Of a stretch of DNA of 64,000 nt, positions 1 through 13,218 are shown one piece after another. A program made the position numbers and the translations under genes. Under the pieces are notes generated by a model, which did no database searches, was not told the origin of the DNA, and saw nothing but the letters and a program-made list of their open reading frames with translations. Each line of letters begins with the position of its first letter. The first letter of the stretch is position 1. The stretch is taken from positions 79,670,001 to 79,734,000 of the forward strand of contig OZ024747.1 in NCBI GenBank assembly GCA_964016885.1, given 5' to 3'. This stretch comes from Eledone cirrhosa (lineage: Eukaryota).

Positions 1-160
1 CTCATAACACCACCTCCGCCACCATCACTCTCATAACACCACCTCCGCCACCATCACTCTCATAACACCACCTCCGCCACCATCACTCTCATAACACCAC
101 CTCCGCCACCATCACTCTCATAACACCACCTCCGCCATCATCACTCTCATAACACCACCA
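1..160. repeat. 29-bp minisatellite (CTCATAACACCACCTCCGCCACCATCACT), about 5.5 copies, cut by window edge
   Basis: Direct tandem repetition visible. Confidence 0.9.
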
Positions 161-264
161 CCACATAACAGCTTCTGACCTGGTTTCTTCACTCCTTCTC
201 CTCTTCCTGCTCCCCTTTAAACACTGACCTATATACAGCTATGTTTTCCTCACTTTTGCTCCTG

Positions 265-750
265 TCGTTTTTGTTGTTGTTGCTATTGGTGATGGTGATG
301 GTCGTATGTGTGTTGTTGGTATATTAGTGGTTGTGATGGGGACGGCGATGGTAGTGGTAGTGGTGATGGTTGTGGTGGTGATGTGTGGTAGTGGTGATGG
401 TAATGATGGTTGTTGTTATGACGGTGGTGGTGATGATAATGGTTGTGTTCACGATGGTAGTGGTGAGACTGTGGTGATAGTTGTGGTGGTTGCTGTGACG
501 GTGTTGGTGGTGAGGGCGATGGTAATGGTGATGGTAATGGTAGTGATGTGACTGTGGTGATGGTAGTGGTTGTTGTGGTGATGGCGATAGTACTGATCGT
601 GATGGCAGTGGTGGTGATGGTAATGGTAGCGGTATGGCTGTGGTGATGGTAGTGATGGTGGTGGAAGTAATAGTGATAGTGGTTGTGATGATGGTGGTGA
701 TAGTGATGATGGCTGCGGTGATGGTACTACTGTTGTAGTGTAGGTGGAGT
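265..750. repeat. Degenerate (GTG/GAT/GTA)n trinucleotide low-complexity tract
   Basis: ggtgatggtagtggt-type runs; ORFs here are poly-V/H/T artefacts. Confidence 0.85.
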
Positions 751-956
751 TGTTATTATATTTGCTACATACTCTGTTGAACCACAATCCACAACCCTGA
801 TTCATTAGATCTATCGCCGAAGACATTCAAACCGTGACCATCCCGCCTTCCCTTTAAAAAATGTTGCTTTACTCTGTGATCTGCGACTACATTATTGGGT
901 AAATTCCTAAAAGCCTGCTACATATAAAAGTGAAAGTAAAAATCCAATGTACCGGT

Positions 957-1863
957 TGTTTTGATTCAATGACTGTTTGATTCAATGACTGTTTGATTTA
1001 ATGACTGATTCAATGACTGTTTGATTCAATGACTGTTTGATTCAATGACTGTTTGATTCAATGACTGTTTGATTTAATGACTGATTCAATGACTGTTTGA
1101 TTCAATGACTGTTTGATTTAATTACTGATTCAATGACTGTTTGATTCAATGACTGTTTGATTTAATGAATGATTCAATGACTGTTTGATTCAATGACTGT
1201 TTGATTTAATGACTGTTTGATTCAATGACTGTTTGACTTAATGACTGTTTGATTCAATGACTGTTTGATTTAATGACTGTTTGATTCAATGACTGTTTGA
1301 TTTAATGACTGTTTGATTCAATGACTGTTTGATTTAATGACTGTTTGATTCAATGACTGTTTGATTCAATGACTGTTTGATTCAATGACTGTTTGATTCA
1401 ATGACTGTTTGATTCAATGACTGTTTGATTTAATGACTGATTCAATGACTGTTTGATTCAATGACTGTTTGATTTAATGACTGATTCAATGACTGTTTGA
1501 TTCAATGACTGTTTGATTTAATGACTGATTCAATGACTGTTTGATTCAATGACTGTTTGATTCAATGACTGTTTGATTCAATGACTGTTTGATTTAATGA
1601 CTGTTTGATTCAATGACTGTTTGATTCAATGACTGTTTGATTCAATGACTGTTTGATTTAATGACTGATTCAATGACTGTTTGAGTCAATGACTGTTTGA
1701 TTCAATGACTGTTTGATTCAATGACTGTTTGATTCAATGACTGTTTGATTCAATGACTGATTGATTTAATGACTGATTCAATGACTGTTTGATTCAATGA
1801 CTGTTTGATTTAATGACTGATTCAATGACTGTTTGATTCAATGACTGTTTGATTCAATGACTG
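957..1863. repeat. 16-bp minisatellite (TTGATTCAATGACTGT) with 12-bp deletion variants
   Basis: About 900 bp of tandem units; C/T variant TTGATTTAAT; shorter GATTCAATGACT units interspersed. Confidence 0.95.
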
Positions 1864-2139
1864 CATATATAAGTAAACATATGAATCTATGTATGTATAT
1901 ATATACCTATGTGCATATGTATATATATATCTATGTACGTGTGTATATATATATCGATGTTCGTATGTATATACATATATATATATTTATTAAAATAACA
2001 AATTAAAGTTTAAGCAAAGAATCGCTGCTTTCACCCTTAACACGATCTTCTGGGTGCTTATATATTTGATCTTATCGAGCCCTCTTTGGATTTTAGTCTT
2101 CACATTTATTATTACTATATATATATATATAAAGAGAGA

Positions 2140-2350
2140 GAGAGATGTACGTATGTATATATAGATGTACGTATGTATATAGAGATGTACGTGTGTATAT
2201 ATAGATGTACGTATGTATATATAGATGTACGTGTGTATATATATATATATATATATAGATGTACGTGTGTATATATAGATGTACGTGTATATAATATATA
2301 GATGTACGTGTGTATATATATATAGATGTACGTGTGTATATATAGATGTA
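2140..2350. repeat. TATAGATGTACGT(A/G)TG-based minisatellite
   Basis: Tandem units with variable TA run. Confidence 0.8.
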
Positions 2351-2419
2351 AGTGAAGAAATATTTTCATCGGATTTTTTCTTTCACTTTAAAATAGGAAA
2401 AATTATAGGACTTTGCTCA

Positions 2420-2620
2420 TTGGATTAACAGAGTCGGACATGCTTAGCGACATAGAGTTATGGCCCTTTGTGTTCTGAGTTCAAATCCCGCCGAGGTGAG
2501 CTTTGTCTTTTATCCTTACGGGGTCGGTAAAATAAAGTAATGCCCTGGGGTCGATTTAATCGACTTTCCCTTTCCCCAAAAAATTGTTGGCCTTGTGTCT
2601 AAATCAAAAAAACCATTATT
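2420..2620 (+). mobile_element. tRNA-derived SINE, family 1 (degenerate copy)
   Basis: B-box GAGTTCAAATCC, body ctttgtcttttatccttacggggtcggtaaaataaagta, tail ggccttgtgtc; matches other copies in the window. Confidence 0.75.
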
Positions 2621-2825
2621 CAATGTGTCCTTCGTTTTTTTAAAGATAGGTTGTGAGGCGTGGTCTGATGAAACTTGGCTGCTATTTCTGGCAGAAGTGA
2701 GCGACCGTATGGAAGCTTCTTTGCTTGCTCGTGATGGTATTGTTGTTGTTGGTATTAATATCGTTGTTGTTTAGCCCAATATCAGCTCAAATCGAGCAGA
2801 ACTTAGGGTCGTTAATATTCAAACT

Positions 2826-3000
2826 GCGGTGGATTGGCAGTATCGGTAGAGGGTCGGACGCCATGATTTGACGCATAGAGTTACGGCCCTTGCCATTCTG
2901 AGTTAACTTTGCCTTTCATCCTTACAGGGTTGGTAAAATAAAGTACTAGTAATGCACTGAGTAATTGCTGGCCTTGTGCCAAAAGTAGAAACAATTATTA
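2826..3000 (+). mobile_element. tRNA-derived SINE, family 1
   Basis: Head gcggtggattggcagtatcggtagag (A-box-like), body gcctttcatccttac..aaaataaagtac (Nin-domain-like, from recall), tail ggccttgtgccaaaagtagaaacaattatta. Confidence 0.8.
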
Positions 3001-3107
3001 TTCAATTTGGGACCGTCCCGACATTTTTGTCTATCTAGGACAGTATTTCTTAAGGTGGGAGTGTTGTAATACTTAGGTGTAGCGTGGAACTTCAGAATAG
3101 GGTATAT

Positions 3108-3299
3108 ATAATTGTTTTTACTTTTGGTACAAGGCTAGCAATTATCTCAGTGTATTACTGGTACTTTATTTTATCGACCCCGTAAGGATGAAAGACAAAG
3201 TTAACCTCGGCGGGATTTGAACTCAGATCATAAAGGGCCGTAACTCTATGCTGCAAAACACGGCGTCCGACCTTCTACCGATACTGCCAATCCACCGCT
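3108..3299 (-). mobile_element. tRNA-derived SINE, family 1 (inverted relative to 2826-3000)
   Basis: Reverse complement of the preceding copy, with B-box GAGTTCAAATCC. Confidence 0.85.
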
Positions 3300-4114
3300 A
3301 TTTTTGGTGTTGATGTTATTTGTGGTGATAGTGTTGGTATTGGTGATGTTGCTGTTATTGTTGGTACTGTAGATAGTAGTGATGCTGGAGGAATTGTTTG
3401 TGTTGTTGATGGCGTTGTCAGTGGTGCTCGTGTTGGTATGTAACGTTGGTGTTGTTCTTGTTGGTGGTAATGGTTGTGTTGTAAGAGTTGGTGTTGTTGT
3501 TAGTAGTGGTCTTCTTCTTGTTGGTGTTTATATGCTGGTGGTGGTAATGGTTGTGTTGTAAGAGTTGGTGTTGTTGTTAGTAGTGGTGGTGTTGTTAGTG
3601 TTGGTGTTGGGATTATCTCAACTCTTACTCATATATAATGTATTCAGGAAACAGCATGTAATATATCCGTCCTTTCTTATTAAAGCGGTAATTCGAAGGA
3701 AATTTGACTGCTATTTCTAGCAGGTTCAATGACTTACAAGCTGACACGAAATAGTTCAACAGTATTATTATTCGTGGTGGTGATGTTGAAAATACAATGC
3801 AAGGGAAGTAACTCTTTGCATCATCTACTTTTTATAAGTTCAAATTAAGGCTAACATTTAGAATGTACGGCAATTTGGCGGGAGGGGAACAGTCAATTAT
3901 ATCGACTCCAGTATTTGACTGGTTCTTTATTGACTCCACAGGAACGAAAAGCAAGACTGACCTCGGCGGCATTTAAACTCTACACGAATGGACACACACA
4001 CACATATTAACATGTGTGTGTGTGTATATATATCGGGAATTTTACCCGCCGCCTTAGATGTGTAGGTCGTTAGCTTGGCCAAAGCTTCGATTTTACTAAG
4101 CTTCCACTTGTATA

Positions 4115-4369
4115 TCATCATTTTACGTCCGCTTTTCCCTGCTTGCAAGGGTGGGGCGGGAATTGATTCTACAGCTGGATGCCCTTCCTAACACCAACCT
4201 CATTTACAGTGAGTGGTGGGTGCTTTTTTGCCGTGGCACCTCCACGACCACTTTGCAGTGGAATGATTTGGACCCCAGTCCCTATCATCTCATTTCTACA
4301 GCTGAGTAAACTGGAGCAATGTGAAATAAAGTGTCTTGCTCAAAGAAACGACACATCATCCGGTCTGAG

Positions 4370-4370
<1 letters not shown>
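4115..4370 (-). mobile_element. SINE family 2 fragment with RTE-derived 3' tail
   Basis: Shares tctacagctggatgcccttcctaacacc and ttttacgtccg..cttgc with the RTE 3' UTR at 8.6-8.9 kb; body matches the SINE in the 825-bp arrays. Confidence 0.75.
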
Positions 4371-6030
<1,660 letters not shown>

Positions 6031-6237
6031 ATTGGATTCTAAAAACGTTTTTAGAATCCAATATCAATAAATACACCAGGATTTTTTCATTCTGATGATT
6101 GAAAGCAACATTTTTTGCTTTTAAGAAATCACTGGTAAATGGAATAATTGCCTTATGTTGTTTATTACATAACTATTAAGCTCTGTTACCTACATAGAGC
6201 ACTCTTTTTTCCTGGACTTTTCCGACGGAATTACTTC

Positions 6238-6239
<2 letters not shown>

Positions 6240-6301
<62 letters not shown>

Positions 6302-6334
6302 TTATATATATATATATATATATATATAAATATA

Positions 6335-6376
<42 letters not shown>

Positions 6377-6377
6377 A

Positions 6378-6427
<50 letters not shown>

Positions 6428-6490
6428 TTGTATATATATATATTTATATTTGTATATATATTTATTTATATTTGTATATATATTTATATA
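6240..6490. repeat. (TA)n microsatellite
   Basis: Direct inspection. Confidence 0.95.
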
Positions 6491-6619
6491 GTTGTGTATA
6501 GTGGTAGCCATGGTGCTTCCATAGGTGGTATGCCAAAATTAGCACTCGATATTCATCAGAGTCGAGTGTAGATATAAAGAAAACGAAAAATAAGTGATGC
6601 ATCTGGACTTAGTTTATTT

Positions 6620-6710
6620 CGTGTTACAAATGTTTCGCCGGCATGTAGCTCGAGTCATGGTCCTTGTATGGATCTGGCTGATTCTACTTCTGCCGGTTCT
6701 TTCAGACACG
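6620..6710 (-). ncRNA. Candidate type I hammerhead ribozyme (Penelope-type)
   Basis: Minus strand: CGTGT-CTGAAAGA-A-CCGGCA...TGCCGG-C-GAAA-CATTTG-TA-ACACG. Stem I CGTGT/ACACG, stem II CCGGCA/TGCCGG, near-palindromic stem III, GUA triplet; core has one extra A. Confidence 0.6.
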
Positions 6711-6739
6711 GTTGTTATGTCCGGAGCAAATTTTATCAC

Positions 6740-7359
6740 TATATATATTTATAATATATATATATATTTATAATATATATATATATTTATAATATATATA
6801 TATATTTATAATATATATATATATTTATAATATATATATATATTTATAATATATATATATATTTATAATATATATATATATTTATAATATATATATATAT
6901 TTATAATATATATATATATATATTTATAATATATATATATATATTTATAATATATATATATATATTTATAATATATATATATATATTTATAATATATATA
7001 TATATTTATTTATAATATATATATATATATAATATATATATATATATATTTATAATATATATATATATATTTATAATATATATATATATTTATTTATAAT
7101 ATATATATATATATAATATATATATATATATATTTATAATATATATATATATATATTTATAATATATATATATATATATATATTTATAATATATATATAT
7201 ATATATATTTATAATATATATATATATTTATAATATATATATATTTATAATATATATATATATATATTTATAATATATATATATATATATTTATAATATA
7301 TATATATATATATATATTTATAATATATATATATATATATTTATAATATATATATATAT

Positions 7360-7399
<40 letters not shown>

Positions 7400-7713
7400 A
7401 TATATATATATTTATAATATATATATATATATTTATAATATATATATATATATATTTATAATATATATATATATATATTTATAATATATATATATTTATA
7501 ATATATATATATTTATAATATATATATATATTTATATATATAATATATATATATATTTATAATATATATATATATATATTTATAATATATATATATATAT
7601 AATATATATATATATATATTTATAATATATATATATATATATATTTATAATATATATATATATATATATATTTATAATATATATATATATATATTTATAA
7701 TATATATATATAT

Positions 7714-7751
<38 letters not shown>

Positions 7752-7815
7752 ATATATATATATTTATAATATATATATATATATTTATAATATATATATA
7801 TATATTTATAATATA
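6740..7815. repeat. Pure-AT minisatellite ((AT)n-TTATAAT units)
   Basis: Over 1 kb with no G or C. Confidence 0.95.
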
Positions 7816-7841
7816 TGAACGGCAAAGCATTTATAATATAA

Positions 7842-8535
7842 TGAACGGCAAAGCATAAACGAACTAAGGAAAAAATTAGAGATAAGAGGGATCAGATGTT
7901 GTTTACTCGAGAGAAGGCTACGTTGGTATGGACACGTGATGCGCATGAAAGACGACAGCTGTATAACAAAGTGCAGGGCAATAAAGATAGACGGTAGTCA
8001 CGGAATAGGCAGACCTAGAAAAACCTGGGACGAGCTGATAAACTCCGACATCACACACTTACACCTCTCCAAGACAATGTCACTGGACCGAGACCTTTGG
8101 CGGTACTCAGTAACAGAGAAGACCCGCCTTACCTAAATATATAGTAAAACCTACTCCAGCCAGTAGGCATCTCTAACAAAATACACCCCGTCCCACCACC
8201 CCCGCCCCCACCCCATCCACACCACCCCGTTCTATGTAAAGTTATGTTGGTGCCGCGCCATCGAGGCCGAAACAAATGAGATCGTGTAGGTGTCACGACA
8301 AAAAAACACACAGTCCACGCTGTAATGTGGCCGTGTAGGCAACACGGTAAAAACCTCCCAGACCCACACTGTAAATGTGGTTGGTGTTAGGAAGGGCATC
8401 CAACTGTAGAAAACCTGCCAGACAGTCCTATGCGAGCAAGACAATCACTCTTGCCTCAAGTGGGACTACCCCCGTCCAAACCCATGCAAGCGTGGAACAC
8501 GGACGTTAAACGTTGATGATGATGATGATGATGAT
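7842..8535 (+). mobile_element. 5'-truncated RTE-clade LINE (ORF C-terminus, 3' UTR, (GAT)n tail)
   Basis: Encodes RRLRWYGHVMRM...GRPRKTW, typical of RTE ORF ends; ends ggacgttaaacgtt(gat)n. Confidence 0.9.
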
Positions 8536-8645
8536 ATATATTTATAATATATATATATTTATAATATATATATATTTATATTTATAATATATATATATAT
8601 ATTTATAATATATATATATATATTTATAATATATATATATATAAT

Positions 8646-9462
8646 ATCATCATCATCATCATCATCTTCAACGTTTAACGTCCGTGTTCCACGCTTGCAT
8701 GGGTTTGGACGGGGGTTTTCCCACTTGAGGCAAGAGTGGTTGTCTTGCTCGCATAGGACTGTCTGGCGGGTTTTCTACAGCTGGATGCCCTTCCTAACAC
8801 CAACCACATTTACAGTGTGGGGCTGGGAGGTTGTTACCGTGTTGCCTACACGGCCACATTACAGCGTGGACCGTGTGTTTTTTTGTCATGACACCTACAC
8901 GATCTCATTTGTTTCGGGCTGGATGTTGTGACACCAACATAACTTTACATTGAAAGGGGTGGTGTGGATGGGGTGGGGGTGGTGGGACGGGGTGTATTCT
9001 GTTAGAGGTGCCTACTGACTGTAGTAGGTTTCACTTTGTACTTAGGTAAAGCGGGTCTTCTCTATTACTGTGTAGCGCCAAAGATCTCGGTCCAGTGACA
9101 TTGTCTTGGAGAGGTGTAAGTGTGTGAGGTCGGAATTTATCAAGTCGTCCCAGGTTTTTCTGGGTCTGCCTACTCCGTGGCTACCGTCTATTTTTATCGC
9201 CCTGCACTTTTTTATACAGCTGTCGTCTTCCATGCGCATCACGTGACCGTACCAACGTAGTCTTCTCTCGAGTAAACAACATGTGATCCCTCTTTTTTTT
9301 AATTTCTCCCTTAGTTCGTTTATGCTTTGCCGTTCACGTATATTACTATTACACATCCAGCGGAGCATGCAAGCTTCGTTCCTCTCCAGTCTGCATATAT
9401 CCTCTGCACACAATGCCCAGGTCTCACTGCCATGTAACATTGCTGTTCGTATGCAGGCATCA
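8646..9462 (-). mobile_element. 5'-truncated RTE-clade LINE, second copy, inverted
   Basis: ORF 9042-9440 MLHGSETW...MLRWMC...RRLRWYGHVMRM...GRPRKTW; same 3' UTR and (GAT)n tail. Confidence 0.92.
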
Positions 9463-9578
9463 TGGGGGTGAATTGGTACTCACAAGGGAACGGATGAAAA
9501 ACCCAAAAGCACGAACTTCATCCGTTCCCATGTCGATTCAATTTGGATTGCCTCGGAAACAACCTTATTATGTAACAA

Positions 9579-9652
9579 GCTGTCTGATGATGACACGACA
9601 CTCGCACACAGAACAGTGTGGCCAGTGTCGTCATTGAAATATATATCACAGC
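9579..9652 (+). ncRNA. Candidate type I hammerhead ribozyme
   Basis: GCTGT-CTGATGA-[hairpin ACGACACT/AGTGTCGT + CACAC/GTGTG]-GAAA-TATATA-TC-ACAGC. Stem I GCTGT/ACAGC, palindromic stem III, AUC triplet; base of stem II imperfect. Confidence 0.65.
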
Positions 9653-9787
9653 ATTATTATTAAAGGACTTGAACATCTGAAGCTACTTCGCTTTTCCTTA
9701 TTCGATATTTACTCCGTCACTCCTATGTGGAAAAAGTACGTTGAGTGCTTGAATTGAATTGCATCAATGTTTACCCTAATTATATAT

Positions 9788-10263
9788 AGGCATACGTTAA
9801 GACGGGCGTTGCGGAAAGTGAAAGTAAATTTTTTGACAACAATGTGAATTTGTTTTTTGTTTTTTTTTACAATGAAAGTTACGATACACACGCAATTGTA
9901 TGGATTTCTTAATATATATATATGTGTGGGTGTGTATATGTGTGTATATATGTGTGTACACTGTGAATTTGTTTGTTTATTTACAACAGGTCTCTATAGT
10001 GATATGGTGTTAATTAGTATTGCGTGTGTGATTATTTTTTCTTTAGATAGACGTTAAACGATGACACAAACACATATATATATACAAACACACATATATA
10101 TATACATACAGACACACATATACACACCCACACATATATATATATTAAGAAATCCATACAATTGCGTGTGTATCGTAACTTTCATTGTAAAAAAAATTTA
10201 AAAAAAATTCATTGTCAAAAAATTTACTTTCACTTTCCGCAACGCCCGTCTTAACGTATGCCT
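9788..10263. mobile_element. MITE/foldback element with about 125-bp inverted repeats in TA context
   Basis: aggcatacgttaagacgggcgttgcggaaagtgaaagtaaa...gtatggatttcttaata is mirrored at 10143-10263. Confidence 0.85.
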
Positions 10264-10318
10264 TATATATATATATATCATCATATTTATATATATATAT
10301 ATATAAACAGAGAGGGTG

Positions 10319-11056
10319 TGGTAAGATACCAGGTGGACCATAACGCACCAGGGTACTCAATACTTACGGTAGTAGTCGAACTAGATGTCGAACCGGCCGG
10401 AGCTCAGCTGTCGTGGTCCTGACTCTTTTCATATATATATATATATTCATACATGTATACAGAGGGCGGGGTTGACGCACTCTCGGTCAACATATTTAAG
10501 TCAACGTTCGAGGAGTAGACCAACCACCCGCTCAAGTGTAAGTATCGCTTCTCGTATTGATGCCCCTCTGGGAGGTATCGATACTCAGAAGTTGGTATGA
10601 GTCTACCCTTACCGGGTACCAAATGACCATACTTCAGATATATTAAATATTTTCTCTTCTTTTTAGGGCCCTTGCCATTCTGAGTTCAAATCCTGCCGAG
10701 GTTAACTTTGCCTTTCATCCTTACGGAGTCGATAAAATAAAGTACCAGTAATGCACTGGGTATTTGCTGGCCCTGTGCCAAAAATAGAAACAATTATTAT
10801 TATATTCTGTTTATCTGTCTTTCTATTTTCCCGAGTGATGTCTTGAAATAATTGTAAAAGTATTAAATGTTTTAAGAACTCTTACCTATATAATTTGTAT
10901 TATTATATGTCAGTAGTTACTGCTGGGTTAGTTCGGATTTAGCTGTCTAAACGACTGGAGCTCAGCCGTCGGGGTCCTGACTCTTTTCCTATTACCCACT
11001 CTACTACTCTAAAATCGAGTACTCTGGTGCGTTATGGTCCACCTGGTTCCTTACCA
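10319..11056. mobile_element. MITE-like element with about 40-bp TIRs and a nested SINE (10665-10800)
   Basis: tggtaagataccaggtggaccataacgcaccagggtactc vs gagtactctggtgcgttatggtccacctggttccttacca; internal direct repeat ggagctcagcYgtcgKggtcctgactcttttc. Confidence 0.7.
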
Positions 11057-11939
11057 AACATTATATATATATATATATATTAGAGAGACCAGATAATGTT
11101 TTCATCACTTCTGTTTTATTTACAATACCAACTCCCATTAACAGATTCACAATTGACTGATATCGTAAAACGAAATATCTCATTTGTAACGGTTAATTAA
11201 TCATTAACAAAAATAACAAAATTTATCTTAATTATTCTAGCTGAAATAAAAAAAAATTTGTTAACCTCACTCGGAAACCTTTGTGCAGTCGATTGACCTG
11301 CTAGAAATAGCAGCCAAATCTCCATATCTTAAACATACATACAAAATAAAATCTAGACTATCCAATACTGAAACTTGGTTTATATTAAAATATTTCCCCC
11401 AGGGACAAACAAACTGATCGGAAAATTTGTAAAAGTGAAGCTGGAACGTTATTCTCCAAGATCGGTTATCCGGACATAAGGCGGTTGGAAAGAAACTTGT
11501 CAAAATATGAAGTGAGTAAGTTTTGCGCATGCGTGTAAAATATTCAAATTTCAAAATAAATGTAGCCCTAGGTAGGTCAAACCTATATGAAATAAATATC
11601 AAAAATGAAATGTGTGGCCCCTAACTAGAAATAATAGTTGAGAAAATCTGATAAAATAGGTCTGGAGACAGTTACTAGAAACAGGTACATACCTTAATAA
11701 TATCGAAAGACCCAAAGTTGCTAGAAATAGCAACCAAATCCTTGAACAGATGTTAGGAAGAGAAGCTGCATTTCCCCAATAATACTAAATGACCGATCCC
11801 GCAACATGTTTTGAATTACATAAATCTTTGGTAAATTTATCGAACACCCACCCCTTATTGATTTCAGAAGAGGGTGGGATAATCTTCGGACTTTCCCGCC
11901 ACTACCGGATTTCTTTTTACCATTTTAAATCATTTTACG

Positions 11940-12215
11940 TTGCTTTCAACGAATTTGACCCCCCAAACCAGTGAGAAACGACTAGCTTTGTAGGAAAGGG
12001 AGTAGGAAAAAGGGACCCTTGGAGTCAGTGAAAACATTTTTTTTTTGCCTGTTATCAACAAATCTGACCTCCAAATACACTAACCCGAACCCATCCAACA
12101 TTTGTTGTGGGGGTACCCCTTAACTAAAAACGAATATAATACACGAAAAAGGGTCCACTCCCAGCCCCGCTTCCCCTGTAGGTGAAATTAGGTAATAAGC
12201 ACACGAAAAAAAAAA
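11940..12215. mobile_element. Degenerate fragment of the foldback family seen at 54.0-55.1 kb
   Basis: Motifs ccaaaccagt..gactagctttgtagga and ttatcaacaaatctgacctcc resemble 54150-54200 and 54370. Confidence 0.5.
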
Positions 12216-12665
12216 TATGGAAAAATAATTATTTCTCGCTGAAATCTAGAGGGTGTTCTTTAATAAGGTCCAATCTTTCCATTTCATTAGAGGGAGTAGA
12301 AAAATCCCTCTTAAAAATATAAAAAGTATAAGACAACTTTTTTTCGTTTTTATTTCTGATAAATATTTCATTGAATTATATTTATGCAGTATTTTTCTTT
12401 ATAAAAACGATAAAAATGTAATGTAATTACTAATACTTTTATAAATTTATATTTATGAAAGAGACTGTATCTTGGGAACTCAAGTCTGGCATGTGATAAA
12501 AGACCTTGCCCTATTTTTAGTTCTTTCCTTTCATTTTCTTTCCTTTCATTTCCGTTTTCACACGCCCAGACATTAAACAAATAAAAGATTATAACGACTT
12601 TTAAATCTAATTACAATATTGAAAAGATTAAGCAGTTGCAGTTAGGTGAAAACAAGCGGGATGTT

Positions 12666-12751
12666 GTCACATGATCTATTGTACAACTGCAAATGGCGCA
12701 AAAATTTCAATAAGTAGCTTCTCTGGTGAGCCTACTTGTCAACTATAAATA
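12666..12751 (+). promoter_or_regulatory. H2B promoter: E-box GTCACATGAT, conserved 29-nt element ending in TATA box
   Basis: CTGGTGAGCCTACTTGTCAACTATAAATA (12723-12751) is identical upstream of the second H2B (22023-22051). Confidence 0.75.
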
Positions 12752-12795
12752 AAGTGGCCGATACATTGCTGATCAAATCAAATTCTGTTAGCAGA

Positions 12796-13173
12796 ATGCC
12801 ACCTACTCCAGCAACCGCTTCGAAAGGAGCAAAGAAGGCCTCCAAGGCTAAAGCTTCACGTCCTACAGGTGACAAGAAACGTAAGAAGAAGAGAAAGGAA
12901 AGCTATGCCATCTACATCTACAAAGTAATGAAGCAAGTCCACCCCGACACTGGTATCTCCAGCAAAGCTATGTCTATCATGAACAGTTTTGTTAATGATC
13001 TATTCGAAAGAATAGCTAATGAGTCCAGTCGTTTGGCTCACTACAACAAACGTTCAACCATCAGTAGCCGTGAAGTCCAGACTGCTGTCCGTCTTCTCCT
13101 CCCTGGTGAGTTGGCCAAACACGCCGTCTCTGAGGGTACCAAGGCTGTCACCAAGTACACCAGCAGCAAATAG
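12796..13173 (+). CDS. H2B: Histone H2B, replication-dependent, 125 aa
   Basis: [14 protein letters not shown]...[26 protein letters not shown]...AVTKYTSSK; true ATG at 12796; intronless; stem-loop follows. Confidence 0.98.
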   Translation: MPPTPATASKGAKKASKAKASRPTGDKKRKKKRKESYAIYIYKVMKQVHPDTGISSKAMSIMNSFVNDLFERIANESSRLAHYNKRSTISSREVQTAVRLLLPGELAKHAVSEGTKAVTKYTSSK

Positions 13174-13202
13174 ATCTGAATAAGTGATATTTGCATAATA
13201 AC

Positions 13203-13218
13203 GGCCCTTTTCAGGGCC
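13203..13218 (+). terminator. Histone 3' stem-loop
   Basis: GGCCCT-TTTC-AGGGCC. Confidence 0.95.

Noticed and set aside
957-1863. Regular short repeats resembling a CRISPR array
   Set aside because: No unique spacers, eukaryotic context, no cas genes.
12736-12795. N-terminal extensions of H2B/H2A in the ORF track (also 21824-21901, 22036-22092)
   Set aside because: They begin at TTG codons around the TATA boxes; the true ATGs lie downstream.
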